Shown: positions 39,311 to 47,884 of the stretch, piece by piece
Numbering within the stretch: position 1 is the first letter of the stretch
Layout of the letters: each line of letters opens with the position of its first letter
Assembly: GCA_038823825.1 (NCBI GenBank)
Contig: JAWBCC010000001.1
Coordinates: 133,842-197,841, forward strand
Direction of reading: 5' to 3'
DNA: 64,000 nucleotides
Origin: Candidatus Hadarchaeales archaeon
GTDB lineage: Archaea; Hadarchaeota; Hadarchaeia; Hadarchaeales; Hadarchaeaceae
Program-made: the position numbers and the translations under genes
The notes under the pieces: generated by a model
What the model was told of the DNA's origin: nothing
What the model saw: only the letters and a program-made list of their open reading frames with translations
Database searches by the model: none

Positions 39311-40815
39311 TCCCTTTTGAACTGGACGTTCTGAACTCCTCCACTGTAGTCTATGTAAATCGTCTTAAGCTCGGAGAAGGTTTCGATTGCGGCCCATCCC
39401 ACCTCCCTGTGGCCACCCGAGTCTTTTACACCGCCGAAAGGTAGATGGACTTCGGAGCCAAAAGTCGGGGCGTTAACGTAGCAAACTCCAGCCTCCATTT
39501 TATCAAGGGCTTCCATAGCTCTGTTGACGTTTCTAGTGAAGATTGATGCAGAGAGACCGTAGTTTGTTGAGTTGTGGACTTTTATGGCTTCCTCGAAGGA
39601 GTCAACTTTCATCACAGCGAGAACCGGGCCGAAGATTTCCTCTCTGGCGATCCTCATCTCGGGCTTGACCTCGGTGAAAATGGTTGGCTCAAAGTATAAT
39701 CCTCTTGAATAATCCCCCTCTGTCAACCTTCTTCCCCCGAGGATCAGTTTGGCTCCTTCTCTTTTTCCTATCTCCACGTATGTGATGATCTTGTTCAGTT
39801 GTCTCTCGCTTATCACTGGGCCTATCTCCGTAGTTTCATCTTCTGGATGTCCGACTTTCATCTTTTTTGTTCGATCTACAAGTCTTTCGATAAATTCCTC
39901 GTAAATTTCTGCGTGGACGATTGCTCTGCTCGTTGCCGTACAACGCTGTCCAGAGACTGTGAAAGCACCGCGTGCAACCGCATCCACGGCTAGCTCCAAG
40001 TCACAATCCTCCATAACTATCGCAGCATTCTTTCCGCCGAGTTCGAGCGAGACCTTGGCGAGTCTCTCCCCGCAGATGGAAGCGATTTTTCTTCCAACTT
40101 CCGTTGATCCGGTGAAAGAGATGAGTCTGACTCTCTTGTTTCTAACGAGAGCCTCTCCAGCTTCTTCTCCAATTCCCTGTACCATATTGAAAACTCCTGG
40201 AGGAAGCTCAGATTCCGCAAAAACTTCCGCTATCTTCGTTGCCGCGAAAGGTGCCTCTTCCGATGGCTTTACGACAACAGTATTCCCACAGATTAGGGCG
40301 GGAAAAACTTTCCAACATATCAGATTAATCGGAAAATTCCAAGGGACGATGATGCCGCAGACTCCTATTGGAAATCTTCTGGTCATTGCCAGCCTTTTCG
40401 GGAGTTCGGAAAAAGTTGTTCTTCCATACAGGCGTCTTCCTTCGCCTGCCATAAAATCGCACATGTCTATGGCAGCTTTTATCTCGCCCAGGGCATCCCT
40501 CATCGTTTTGCCAACATCTTTTACGAGAGCTTTAGCCAGCTCCTCCTTCCTCTTTCTAAGAAGTTCGCTTATCTGTTGAAGCATTCTTCCCCTAATGGGG
40601 GGAGGTGTCTCTGACCATTCCCTGAAAGCCTTCTCGGCCGCCTCCACGGCTTTTTCAACGTCTCGTTCATCAGACTTAGGAAAGAGACCGATCACTTCGT
40701 CCGTGTTTGCGGGATTTCTTCTCTCAAAGGTTCTGCCGGAAGTTGTCTCGACCCATTCTCCACCTATGAAGTTGCGGAAAACTTCGGGCATGTCACCACG
40801 CCGTGTAACCTCCAT
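39307..40815 (-). CDS. NAD(P)+-dependent aldehyde dehydrogenase
   Basis: ALDH family motifs: ..FTGSTEVGR.., catalytic Cys region GQRCTATSR and ELGGKNA Glu motif; 502 aa. Confidence 0.85.
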   Translation of the reverse strand: MEVTRRGDMPEVFRNFIGGEWVETTSGRTFERRNPANTDEVIGLFPKSDERDVEKAVEAAEKAFREWSETPPPIRGRMLQQISELLRKRKEELAKALVKDVGKTMRDALGEIKAAIDMCDFMAGEGRRLYGRTTFSELPKRLAMTRRFPIGVCGIIVPWNFPINLICWKVFPALICGNTVVVKPSEEAPFAATKIAEVFAESELPPGVFNMVQGIGEEAGEALVRNKRVRLISFTGSTEVGRKIASICGERLAKVSLELGGKNAAIVMEDCDLELAVDAVARGAFTVSGQRCTATSRAIVHAEIYEEFIERLVDRTKKMKVGHPEDETTEIGPVISERQLNKIITYVEIGKREGAKLILGGRRLTEGDYSRGLYFEPTIFTEVKPEMRIAREEIFGPVLAVMKVDSFEEAIKVHNSTNYGLSASIFTRNVNRAMEALDKMEAGVCYVNAPTFGSEVHLPFGGVKDSGGHREVGWAAIETFSELKTIYIDYSGGVQNVQFKRD

Positions 40816-41614
40816 CTATTACGATGTTCGCTCCAGTCATGTACGAGGAGGCATCCGAAGCCAGAAAGAGTATTGCACCATTATATTCGTCTTTTCTTGC
40901 CATTCTTCCAAGCGGAACCTTTGCTGAATAATTTTTCACGAATTCGGGATCCTGATTGTTGAAAACACCACCAAAAATTAGACAGTTGACCCTGACATTC
41001 TTTTTGGCCCAATAAGTTGCAAGATACTTCGTCAGGTTGGAGACGGCTCCTTTGCTCACGCAGTATGAAACCGGCTTTACAAAAGTTTGCCCGCTCTTCA
41101 GCTCGTATATGCGTTGATCGGGCGAAACTTCGCCGTAAATGGATGAGATGTTTATGATGCTCCCGCCCCCGCCCCCGGCCATCTTGCTTCCTATGATTTG
41201 TGTGCAGAGAATAGTTCCGATGACGTTCACGTCAAGAATCTTGCGAAGCAGATCCTCTGGGTAATTCTCAAATGTTAGAGTTTTTCCACCATATGTAGGT
41301 GGCACGTCTATTGCTGCGGCATTTACCAAGATTTTTGGAAAACCCCATTTTTTGACGACGTCTTCGAGGGCACGCTCTATCGAGTCTCTGTCCGTCACAT
41401 CAACCTTGTAGACGGCAATTCTCTCGCTTTTAAAAAGTTCTCGATATTCCTCAGGGACCTCGGTTTGAAGGTCAAAGACTGCGACCTTCGCCCCTGCGCC
41501 GTGGAGAGTTTTTACGAATTCTCTTCCGAGGAGTCCGGTGCCGCCCGTGACTATGGCAACCCTGCCCTCGAGACCAAAAAGCTTGCTTAACATCTCTAAG
41601 TCTACTTCCGTCAT
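40793..41614 (-). CDS. Short-chain dehydrogenase/reductase (SDR) family oxidoreductase
   Basis: TGGTGLLG Rossmann motif, NAAAI motif and YCVSKGAV catalytic Tyr/Lys motif. Confidence 0.8.
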   Translation of the reverse strand: MTEVDLEMLSKLFGLEGRVAIVTGGTGLLGREFVKTLHGAGAKVAVFDLQTEVPEEYRELFKSERIAVYKVDVTDRDSIERALEDVVKKWGFPKILVNAAAIDVPPTYGGKTLTFENYPEDLLRKILDVNVIGTILCTQIIGSKMAGGGGGSIINISSIYGEVSPDQRIYELKSGQTFVKPVSYCVSKGAVSNLTKYLATYWAKKNVRVNCLIFGGVFNNQDPEFVKNYSAKVPLGRMARKDEYNGAILFLASDASSYMTGANIVIDGGYTAW

Positions 41615-41715
41615 GCTTCAAAATTGATTTTTCGTGTAGATAAATAGAGTTTTCTGTTTGGGGAAAATTTTTCAAAAATCGTTTTTATTAGAAGAAGTCA
41701 TCATAATTTGGAAAG
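41615..41715. promoter_or_regulatory. Divergent promoter region between the SDR-ALDH-Tkt-NeuA operon (minus strand) and the NeuB-like gene (plus strand)
   Basis: 101 nt AT-rich spacer with several TATA-like boxes (gtagataaatag, tttttattag). Confidence 0.3.
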
Positions 41716-42774
41716 ATGAAAGAGATAAGAGAGGTCAAGATAGGCAGCAGGTGGGTGGGCGACGACCATCCATGTTACATCGTCGCTGAAATCGGGAACA
41801 ACCACAACGGTGAGCTCGAGATTGCTAAAAGACTGATCGAGGCTGCTTATGAGTGTGGGGCTGATGCCGTCAAATTCCAAAAGAGGGATATCGATTCTCT
41901 AATGACAAATGAACTCAAAAACATGCCTTATCTGAAATACGATTCTTTTGGGGCTACCTATGGCGAACACAGACAAAAATTGGAGCTTCCTGAAGAAGAT
42001 TGGTATAGGCTTTTCAACTTTGCCAAGAAGCTCGGAATTGATTTTTATGCAACGCCTTTTGATTTCAAAAGCGCCGATTTTCTTGAGAAACTGGGTGTCC
42101 CTTGCTTTAAGATAGCCTCCTTTGATGTCACAAATTTGCCATTGATCGATTACGTATGCAAGAAGGGAAAACCGGTTATCCTTTCTACCGGCATGTGCAC
42201 ATGGGAGGAGCTCGATGAGGCGGTCGAAGTCATACGGAGAAATGGAAACGATTTCATCCTCCTCCACTGTGTTTCGGCCTATCCGCACGACAACGAGATG
42301 TCAAATCTCCGGATGATTCAGAAGCTGAAAGAAAGATACAAAGTACCGGTCGGATATTCAGGGCACGAGAAATCAGGATTTGTCATTTCGCTTGGAGCCA
42401 GAATGATGGGTGCATGTATGATCGAAAGACACTTCACGCTCGATAGGACGATGAAAGGACCTGACCATGCCGCATCTTTAGAGCCGAAAGGTCTAGCCGA
42501 ACTGGTTAAAAACATCCGTAAGCTGGAGCAGGCCTTCGGAGACGGTGAGAAAAAGATTTTGGACATAGAGATGCCTCTGAGGCTTAAAATGACGAAAAGC
42601 ATAGTAACGACGCGCTACATAAGGGCTGGAGAGGTCATAAGAAGGGAAGATCTCACCGTTAAATGTCCGGGAACGGGGCTCAAGCCGAAATATATTGACA
42701 TGCTTGTTGGCAAAGTGGCTAAGAAGGATTTGCCCGAGGATACTATCGTTCCACTTGAGGCTCTCGAGTGGTAG
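41716..42774 (+). CDS. N-acylneuraminate-9-phosphate / nonulosonate synthase family protein (NeuB-like, with C-terminal SAF domain)
   Basis: ..CYIVAEIGNNHNGELEIAKRLIEAAYECGADAVKFQKR.. plus ..GYSGHE.. and a C-terminal SAF/antifreeze-like domain. It is a paralog of the second NeuB-like gene at 47856. Confidence 0.8.
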   Translation: MKEIREVKIGSRWVGDDHPCYIVAEIGNNHNGELEIAKRLIEAAYECGADAVKFQKRDIDSLMTNELKNMPYLKYDSFGATYGEHRQKLELPEEDWYRLFNFAKKLGIDFYATPFDFKSADFLEKLGVPCFKIASFDVTNLPLIDYVCKKGKPVILSTGMCTWEELDEAVEVIRRNGNDFILLHCVSAYPHDNEMSNLRMIQKLKERYKVPVGYSGHEKSGFVISLGARMMGACMIERHFTLDRTMKGPDHAASLEPKGLAELVKNIRKLEQAFGDGEKKILDIEMPLRLKMTKSIVTTRYIRAGEVIRREDLTVKCPGTGLKPKYIDMLVGKVAKKDLPEDTIVPLEALEW

Positions 42775-43267
42775 ATTTCTTTGCCTCGTAAATCATATCA
42801 CAGATTTCTCTTACGGCTCCTCTCCCACCTGGATTTTTTGTCACGTAGTCGGCCTCTCTCACTACTTCAGGCATGCTACCTTTTGGCGCAATCGACAATC
42901 CGGCAAACCTCATGCATTCGAGATCCGGGGTGTCGTTTCCGACGAAGCAAGCTTCCTGCGGAAGAACTTTCTCTCTTTCCAAGATTTTCTTGAAGGCATT
43001 TAGTTTGTTTTTCTCACCCGTCACGCATTCCAATCCTAGTTTTGCGCATCTCTTTTCGACAATCGGATTTATCTCCGAGCTTATTACAACGGTTTTGACG
43101 CCGATCTCTTTCAGTTTTTGCAATCCAATTCCGTCTGATCTCCAACAGCAGACCATCTCTCTTCCGTCTTGATCGACGTAAACCTTGTTGTCTGTGAAAA
43201 CTCCGTCGAAATCGAAGGCTACCAGCTTTATCCTCTTCAGTTTTTCTCTGCTAGGTTTCTTCATCAA
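42743..43267 (-). CDS. HAD-superfamily 8-phosphatase of the KdsC/YrbI family (Kdo-8-P / KDN-9-P / Neu5Ac-9-P phosphatase-like)
   Basis: IKLVAFDFDGVFTDNKVY.. motif I (DxDGV), ..GND..D motif and about 170 aa length are typical of the KdsC family. It overlaps the 3' end of the NeuB-like gene convergently by 32 nt. Confidence 0.75.
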   Translation of the reverse strand: MMKKPSREKLKRIKLVAFDFDGVFTDNKVYVDQDGREMVCCWRSDGIGLQKLKEIGVKTVVISSEINPIVEKRCAKLGLECVTGEKNKLNAFKKILEREKVLPQEACFVGNDTPDLECMRFAGLSIAPKGSMPEVVREADYVTKNPGGRGAVREICDMIYEAKKSTTREPQVER

Positions 43268-43330
43268 AAGAACTTGATAACCTCATGCTTTTAAGAATCG
43301 TTAATAAAATCGAACCTCCTAATTTAATGG

Positions 43331-44755
43331 ATGCGGACAATCTTCATGACGATTCCGGATTGGTTTTCGGCCAGAAATATCATCCAAACCGACGCCTTCA
43401 GGATATTAAAATCTCAGGAGGACCTGCGGATAGTGGTATTTTCCCCTTTTGCTGGCGGAAGATCTTGTCTGGAAGATTTGCCGGGCGTGAAAGGGGAGAA
43501 TGTGATTTTTGAGGATCAGGCCAGATATCTACCAAATTTCGTGGAAAGGCTGTTCAGGAAGATGCAGGAACTGATCGTTTTCAACATAAATTACGTAGAA
43601 AACGTTTGGTTTAAGGAAAAATATCTGATGAGGGAAAATCTTCTGCTCTACTCGTCTTTTGAGGTTCTCAAAAGAATTCTTGGAAAGAGAAGGTTTCTTC
43701 TGAGGTATCTTGACTCTTTAGATTGGCTATTGGCAAGTCCGAAGCACTCGAGATATCTGGAACTCTTCAGGAAATACAAACCGGACCTTGTTTTTTCAAC
43801 AAACATACTGAGGCATACAGATTGGAAGCTCGTGCAAACAGCCCGCAGAGCAGGGGTTCCAGTAATCTCAATGGTTGCGAATTGGGATCATCTCACAAAG
43901 GGGATTCTTCCGCCCTCAGATTTCGTCATCGCTTGGAGCGAGTTCAACAGGAAGGAGTTAATGTCTTACTATGGGTATCATCCGAATCAGATCGCGATTG
44001 TCGGAATCCCGCATCAGGATTATTTTGTAAGAGTAAACCCCGAGGAGGCTAAAAGGAAGATAAGAACGGAGCTCGGACTCAAAGAGGAAAAACTTATCCT
44101 TTACACAACTGCTCGGAGCATATATTACGAGCCTGAAATAGTGGAGATTTTATGCGAGGCGGTTAGAAAGGGCGAAATCAATTTCCCGGTTCACGTTCAC
44201 GTCCGCGTTCATCCGGAGGACAACTACGCCAGATATAGGCACATAGAGGAGAAGTATGGCGATTTTGTGACCTTTGAGGGCGGAGGTAAGACCTTGGTTC
44301 CAAGAGTCTATTCCGTGAAGGCTCAGACCGAAATGGATACGAGGGGTAAAATGTGGCTACCTGATGAAGGAGATATGATTCACTATGCTGAGCTTCTCTA
44401 CTCGTGCGATGTTGCTGTCAATATTGCTTCGTCCGTTACCTTGGACTCTGTTGCCGTGGACAAGCCAACAGTCAATATAGCCTTTGACGGATATCGGGAA
44501 AGGCCATTCATAGAGTCGACGAGGAGATACTTTTACACCACGCACTACAAAGTAGTTGCGAAGTCTGGTGGGGTTAAAATCGCGAGGAATCCGAAAGAGC
44601 TTGTCGATTTCATAAACATGTATCTGGAGAATCCGGAGCTAGACAGGGAAGGGAGAAGGAAAATTGTCGAGGAAAGCGGGGGACCGATTGATGGGAAATG
44701 TGGAGAGAGAATCGCAAAGGCTGTTTTAGAATTCCTAAAGAAGACGAGTGGATAA
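43331..44755 (+). CDS. Putative GT-B-fold transferase of the TagF / KpsS / capsule-biosynthesis type (candidate glycerophosphate or nonulosonic-acid transferase); family assignment uncertain
   Basis: 474 aa soluble protein with two Rossmann-like halves and no DxD. It has weak resemblance to CDP-glycerol glycerophosphotransferase/capsule polysaccharide biosynthesis proteins and sits between the nonulosonate synthase and a PseG-like gene. Confidence 0.35.
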   Translation: MRTIFMTIPDWFSARNIIQTDAFRILKSQEDLRIVVFSPFAGGRSCLEDLPGVKGENVIFEDQARYLPNFVERLFRKMQELIVFNINYVENVWFKEKYLMRENLLLYSSFEVLKRILGKRRFLLRYLDSLDWLLASPKHSRYLELFRKYKPDLVFSTNILRHTDWKLVQTARRAGVPVISMVANWDHLTKGILPPSDFVIAWSEFNRKELMSYYGYHPNQIAIVGIPHQDYFVRVNPEEAKRKIRTELGLKEEKLILYTTARSIYYEPEIVEILCEAVRKGEINFPVHVHVRVHPEDNYARYRHIEEKYGDFVTFEGGGKTLVPRVYSVKAQTEMDTRGKMWLPDEGDMIHYAELLYSCDVAVNIASSVTLDSVAVDKPTVNIAFDGYRERPFIESTRRYFYTTHYKVVAKSGGVKIARNPKELVDFINMYLENPELDREGRRKIVEESGGPIDGKCGERIAKAVLEFLKKTSG

Positions 44756-44758
44756 GGA

Positions 44759-45751
44759 ATGCCGTTCAATGTGGTATTTTTCACAGAAGGTGGAGAAAAC
44801 GCAGGTTTTGGTCACATAACTAGATGCAGGGCTCTTTCCGATGCTTTTGAAGAGGTTGGTAGGGAGACCACTTTCGTTGTAAAAGGCGATGAAAAAATCG
44901 TCAAGTTTCTAAATAGGGACGTAGTTTTGGAAAATTGGATCGATGATTTCGAGACGTTCAAAAGCTTTCTTTCTTCCGCCGATCTTGTTGTGATAGACTC
45001 GTACTTGGCGTCGCTAGACCATTACCGGTGGGCAAGTGAGTTAAAAAGGTGTCTATTTGTTGACGATTTCAGAAGATTGGACTATCCGCCAAAAAGCATC
45101 GTCTTGAATGGAAGCATCTACGCTGAGAAGCTGAGATATCCAAAAAGGAAGGGTGTTCGATATTTATTGGGTTCAAAGTTCGCACCGCTTAGAAGGGCTT
45201 TCTGGGAGGTTGAAGAAAAAGTTGTAAATCCGGAGATCGAAAAAATTTTTGTCAGTTTTGGTCTAAATGACACGAGGAGATTGATACCGTCAGTGGTGAA
45301 AACTCTTTCCGAGAAATTTCCACAGTGTGAGCTATGCGTTGTCGTAGACCCACAGTCGCCGAGTGGAAAGAAGTTGCTTTCGATGGATTTGAAAAACGTG
45401 AAGATTTTCGGAAACTTATCCGCGGAAGAGATGAAGGAACTCATGCTTGAATGCGATGTTGCCGTGAGTGCTGGAGGTCAGACTACATATGAACTCGCCA
45501 GAGTTGGAGTACCTTCTGTTCTCATAGCCGTGGCGGAAAATCAGCTCTTGAACTGTAAGGGTTGGCAGGGGGCTGGATTCGCTTATTACGTTGGTTTTGC
45601 CGGAAGTGAGAATACACTCCGAAAAATAATCGAGCACCTGAAAAAACTTGAAGACGAAAAAATTAGGTCAAAGATGAGTAAAATTGGGAGAAAATATGTC
45701 GACGGGCAGGGGGCTAGAAGAGTTGTTAAAGAATTTCAGAATAGTGGATGA
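44759..45751 (+). CDS. pseG: PseG-like UDP-6-deoxy-AltdiNAc hydrolase (SpsG/GT28-C-like)
   Basis: N-terminus ..VVFFTEGGENAGFGHITRCRALSDA.. matches the PseG/SpsG hallmark (G.GH..R). About 330 aa. It is in a pse gene context. Confidence 0.6.
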   Translation: MPFNVVFFTEGGENAGFGHITRCRALSDAFEEVGRETTFVVKGDEKIVKFLNRDVVLENWIDDFETFKSFLSSADLVVIDSYLASLDHYRWASELKRCLFVDDFRRLDYPPKSIVLNGSIYAEKLRYPKRKGVRYLLGSKFAPLRRAFWEVEEKVVNPEIEKIFVSFGLNDTRRLIPSVVKTLSEKFPQCELCVVVDPQSPSGKKLLSMDLKNVKIFGNLSAEEMKELMLECDVAVSAGGQTTYELARVGVPSVLIAVAENQLLNCKGWQGAGFAYYVGFAGSENTLRKIIEHLKKLEDEKIRSKMSKIGRKYVDGQGARRVVKEFQNSG

Positions 45752-45869
45752 AATCGTTTTGCTAAAGACTTGAGAAACAGTAGTTGGACTCCGGAAGTGG
45801 ATGGATAAACTCCAATTTGGCTAAAAAGTCGTAAATCTCAAAAATTTATTGCAAGATTAATATAGTCAA

Positions 45870-46628
45870 TTGGTAGACTCAAGTATGGGAGGAATCCAGA
45901 TGGGTGAGAGCAAAAACATCGTTGTCGCCACAATCAAAAGCTGGAATATTAGGCTGGCAGAAAAACTTCAAAAAGAATTGGAAGGGAAATACAATGTATA
46001 TATCATGACAAAGAAAGAGGATTTGTCGCCTGAGAATCTAGAGAACATTCGACCGATTTACATCTTTTTTCCCCATTGGTCTTGGATTATTCCACCAGAG
46101 GTGTATACGAGATTTGAATGTATAGGTTTTCACATTACAGACTTACCGTATGGTCGAGGAGGAAGTCCACTACAAAATTTGATTTTGAAAAAGAAATACG
46201 AAACAAAAATAACAGCTTTTCGGATCGGCAGAGACATAGATGCTGGGGAAATTTATTTGAAAGTCCCATTTTACATAGGATTGGGTAGCGCAGAGGAAAT
46301 TTTTATTAAAGCATCTGAGATCATTTTCACAAAAATGATTCCTCAAATTTTAGAATCCAGACCAATTCCTGTACCACAAACGGGGGAAGTAGTAATTTTC
46401 AAAAGAAGAAGCCCAGAGGAAAGTAATTTAGCAGGAGCAGATATTAAAAATCTCGATGATCTTTATGATTTCATAAGAATGTTGGACGCTGAGGGATACC
46501 CCAGAGCTTTCATTAAGATAAATAATGTGGTAATCTTGTTTTCAGAAGCACACAAGAAGGAAGGAAAAGTAGTTGGGAGGTTTGAGGCAGTTGAAGAACA
46601 AAATTCTGGCTATAGTAGCGCACCCTGA
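45870..46628 (+). CDS. Formyltransferase-domain protein (Fmt/PurN-like core; candidate sugar N-formyltransferase)
   Basis: ..FHITDLPYGRGGSPLQNLIL.. resembles the formyl_trans_N catalytic loop (HxSLLPxxRG). This is an AT-rich gene inside the pse cluster. Confidence 0.5.
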   Translation: MVDSSMGGIQMGESKNIVVATIKSWNIRLAEKLQKELEGKYNVYIMTKKEDLSPENLENIRPIYIFFPHWSWIIPPEVYTRFECIGFHITDLPYGRGGSPLQNLILKKKYETKITAFRIGRDIDAGEIYLKVPFYIGLGSAEEIFIKASEIIFTKMIPQILESRPIPVPQTGEVVIFKRRSPEESNLAGADIKNLDDLYDFIRMLDAEGYPRAFIKINNVVILFSEAHKKEGKVVGRFEAVEEQNSGYSSAP

Positions 46629-47268
46629 TGATGAAATTTTAGGATGTGGTGGAACTCTAGCCAAGTTTGCAAAACAGGGATGGGAAGTATATGTGCTGAG
46701 TCTTAGTCGCGGCGTAACTTCGCGATACGAAAGTGAAGAAAAAAGTAGCAAAAAAAAGATTAGTGAGTTAGAAATTCAGGCTCGAGAGGCAAATAAGATA
46801 ATTGGCACAAAGCGACTTTTCATGCTCGATTTTCCAGACAATATGTTTGATACAATACCCCTACTTAAAATTGTAAAATCAATTGAAAAAATTAAAAACA
46901 TGATACGTCCTAGTTTTGTTTTTACTCACTTCAGAGAGGATCTCAATATTGATCATAGAATAACATATGAGGCAACTATTACTGCAATGAGGCCTTTACC
47001 TAATGAAACCGTGAAAGAGATACTTTCCTTCGAAATAATGTCTTCAACGGAATGGCGGTACCCCACTCGTTTTTCACCAAATGTATTTGTCGATATATCG
47101 GATACGATTGATCTAAAGCTTCATGCCATGGAGGCCTACAAAGAGGAGTTGAGAACACCTCCTCACCCCCGCTCTCTCGAAACTATAAAATTTAATGCGG
47201 CAGTTTGGGGAAGTAAAGTTGGTCTAAAATTTGCCGAAGCCTTTGAATTAATACGGAAAGTATGCTAA
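46573..47268 (+). CDS. PIG-L / LmbE family N-acetylglucosaminyl deacetylase
   Basis: ILAIVAHPDDEILGCGGTLAKFAKQGWEVYVLSLS.. is the canonical PIG-L zinc-binding N-terminus. The real start is probably an internal TTG, which would reduce the overlap with the upstream gene. Confidence 0.8.
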   Translation: MGGLRQLKNKILAIVAHPDDEILGCGGTLAKFAKQGWEVYVLSLSRGVTSRYESEEKSSKKKISELEIQAREANKIIGTKRLFMLDFPDNMFDTIPLLKIVKSIEKIKNMIRPSFVFTHFREDLNIDHRITYEATITAMRPLPNETVKEILSFEIMSSTEWRYPTRFSPNVFVDISDTIDLKLHAMEAYKEELRTPPHPRSLETIKFNAAVWGSKVGLKFAEAFELIRKVC

Positions 47269-47284
47269 TTTATGGTCTGATAGA

Positions 47285-47884
47285 ATGAAGCAGAAACACG
47301 GAAACTTGGCAAATTTACGTCTGAAAAAATTCAAAATTGATGATATAGAGCTGATTAATTTCGTGAATTTAAACAAAGACGAGAAGAACATCGTTTTGAA
47401 GATGAGAAATCATGATACAGTGAGGAAGTGGATGTATAATAATAGGATCATCTCGCCGCACGAACATTACCGTTTTATTTGGTCTCTCAAAAAAGATTCA
47501 AAAAACTTCTATTTTTTGGTCAGGAGGCAAAACAAATTTATGGGGGTAGTGTATCTAACCAGAGTGGATTTCATGAACAGAAACGGATATTTGGGTCTGT
47601 ATGCGAATCCTTTTTTTTCTGAGAAAAAAATTGGAACAATTTTGGGAAATATTCTTCTAAAACTTGCTTTCGACATTGCGGGACTTCACACTCTGAAGCT
47701 GGAGGTCATAGAGGACAACGAGAGGGCGATACATCTATATAAAAAATTGGGTTTTGTCGAAGAAGGAAGGTTGAGAGAATTTGTCTTCAGAGATGGAAAG
47801 TGGAAAGACGTAATTATTATGGGAATGACCGAAGAGGAATATCGGAGAAAGCGTCATGAAAGTGGAGTTGAAAATAGGAGATAG
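47285..47884 (+). CDS. pseH: GNAT N-acetyltransferase, PseH-like (UDP-4-amino-4,6-dideoxy-N-acetyl-beta-L-altrosamine N-acetyltransferase)
   Basis: ..NLNKDEKNIVLKMRNHDTVRKWMYNNRIISPHEHYRFIWSLKKDSKNFYFLV.. follows the PseH pattern (...RNH..I...M.......EH..F...L..D....YF.V). It is a GNAT fold of about 199 aa immediately upstream of pseI. Confidence 0.65.
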   Translation: MKQKHGNLANLRLKKFKIDDIELINFVNLNKDEKNIVLKMRNHDTVRKWMYNNRIISPHEHYRFIWSLKKDSKNFYFLVRRQNKFMGVVYLTRVDFMNRNGYLGLYANPFFSEKKIGTILGNILLKLAFDIAGLHTLKLEVIEDNERAIHLYKKLGFVEEGRLREFVFRDGKWKDVIIMGMTEEEYRRKRHESGVENRR

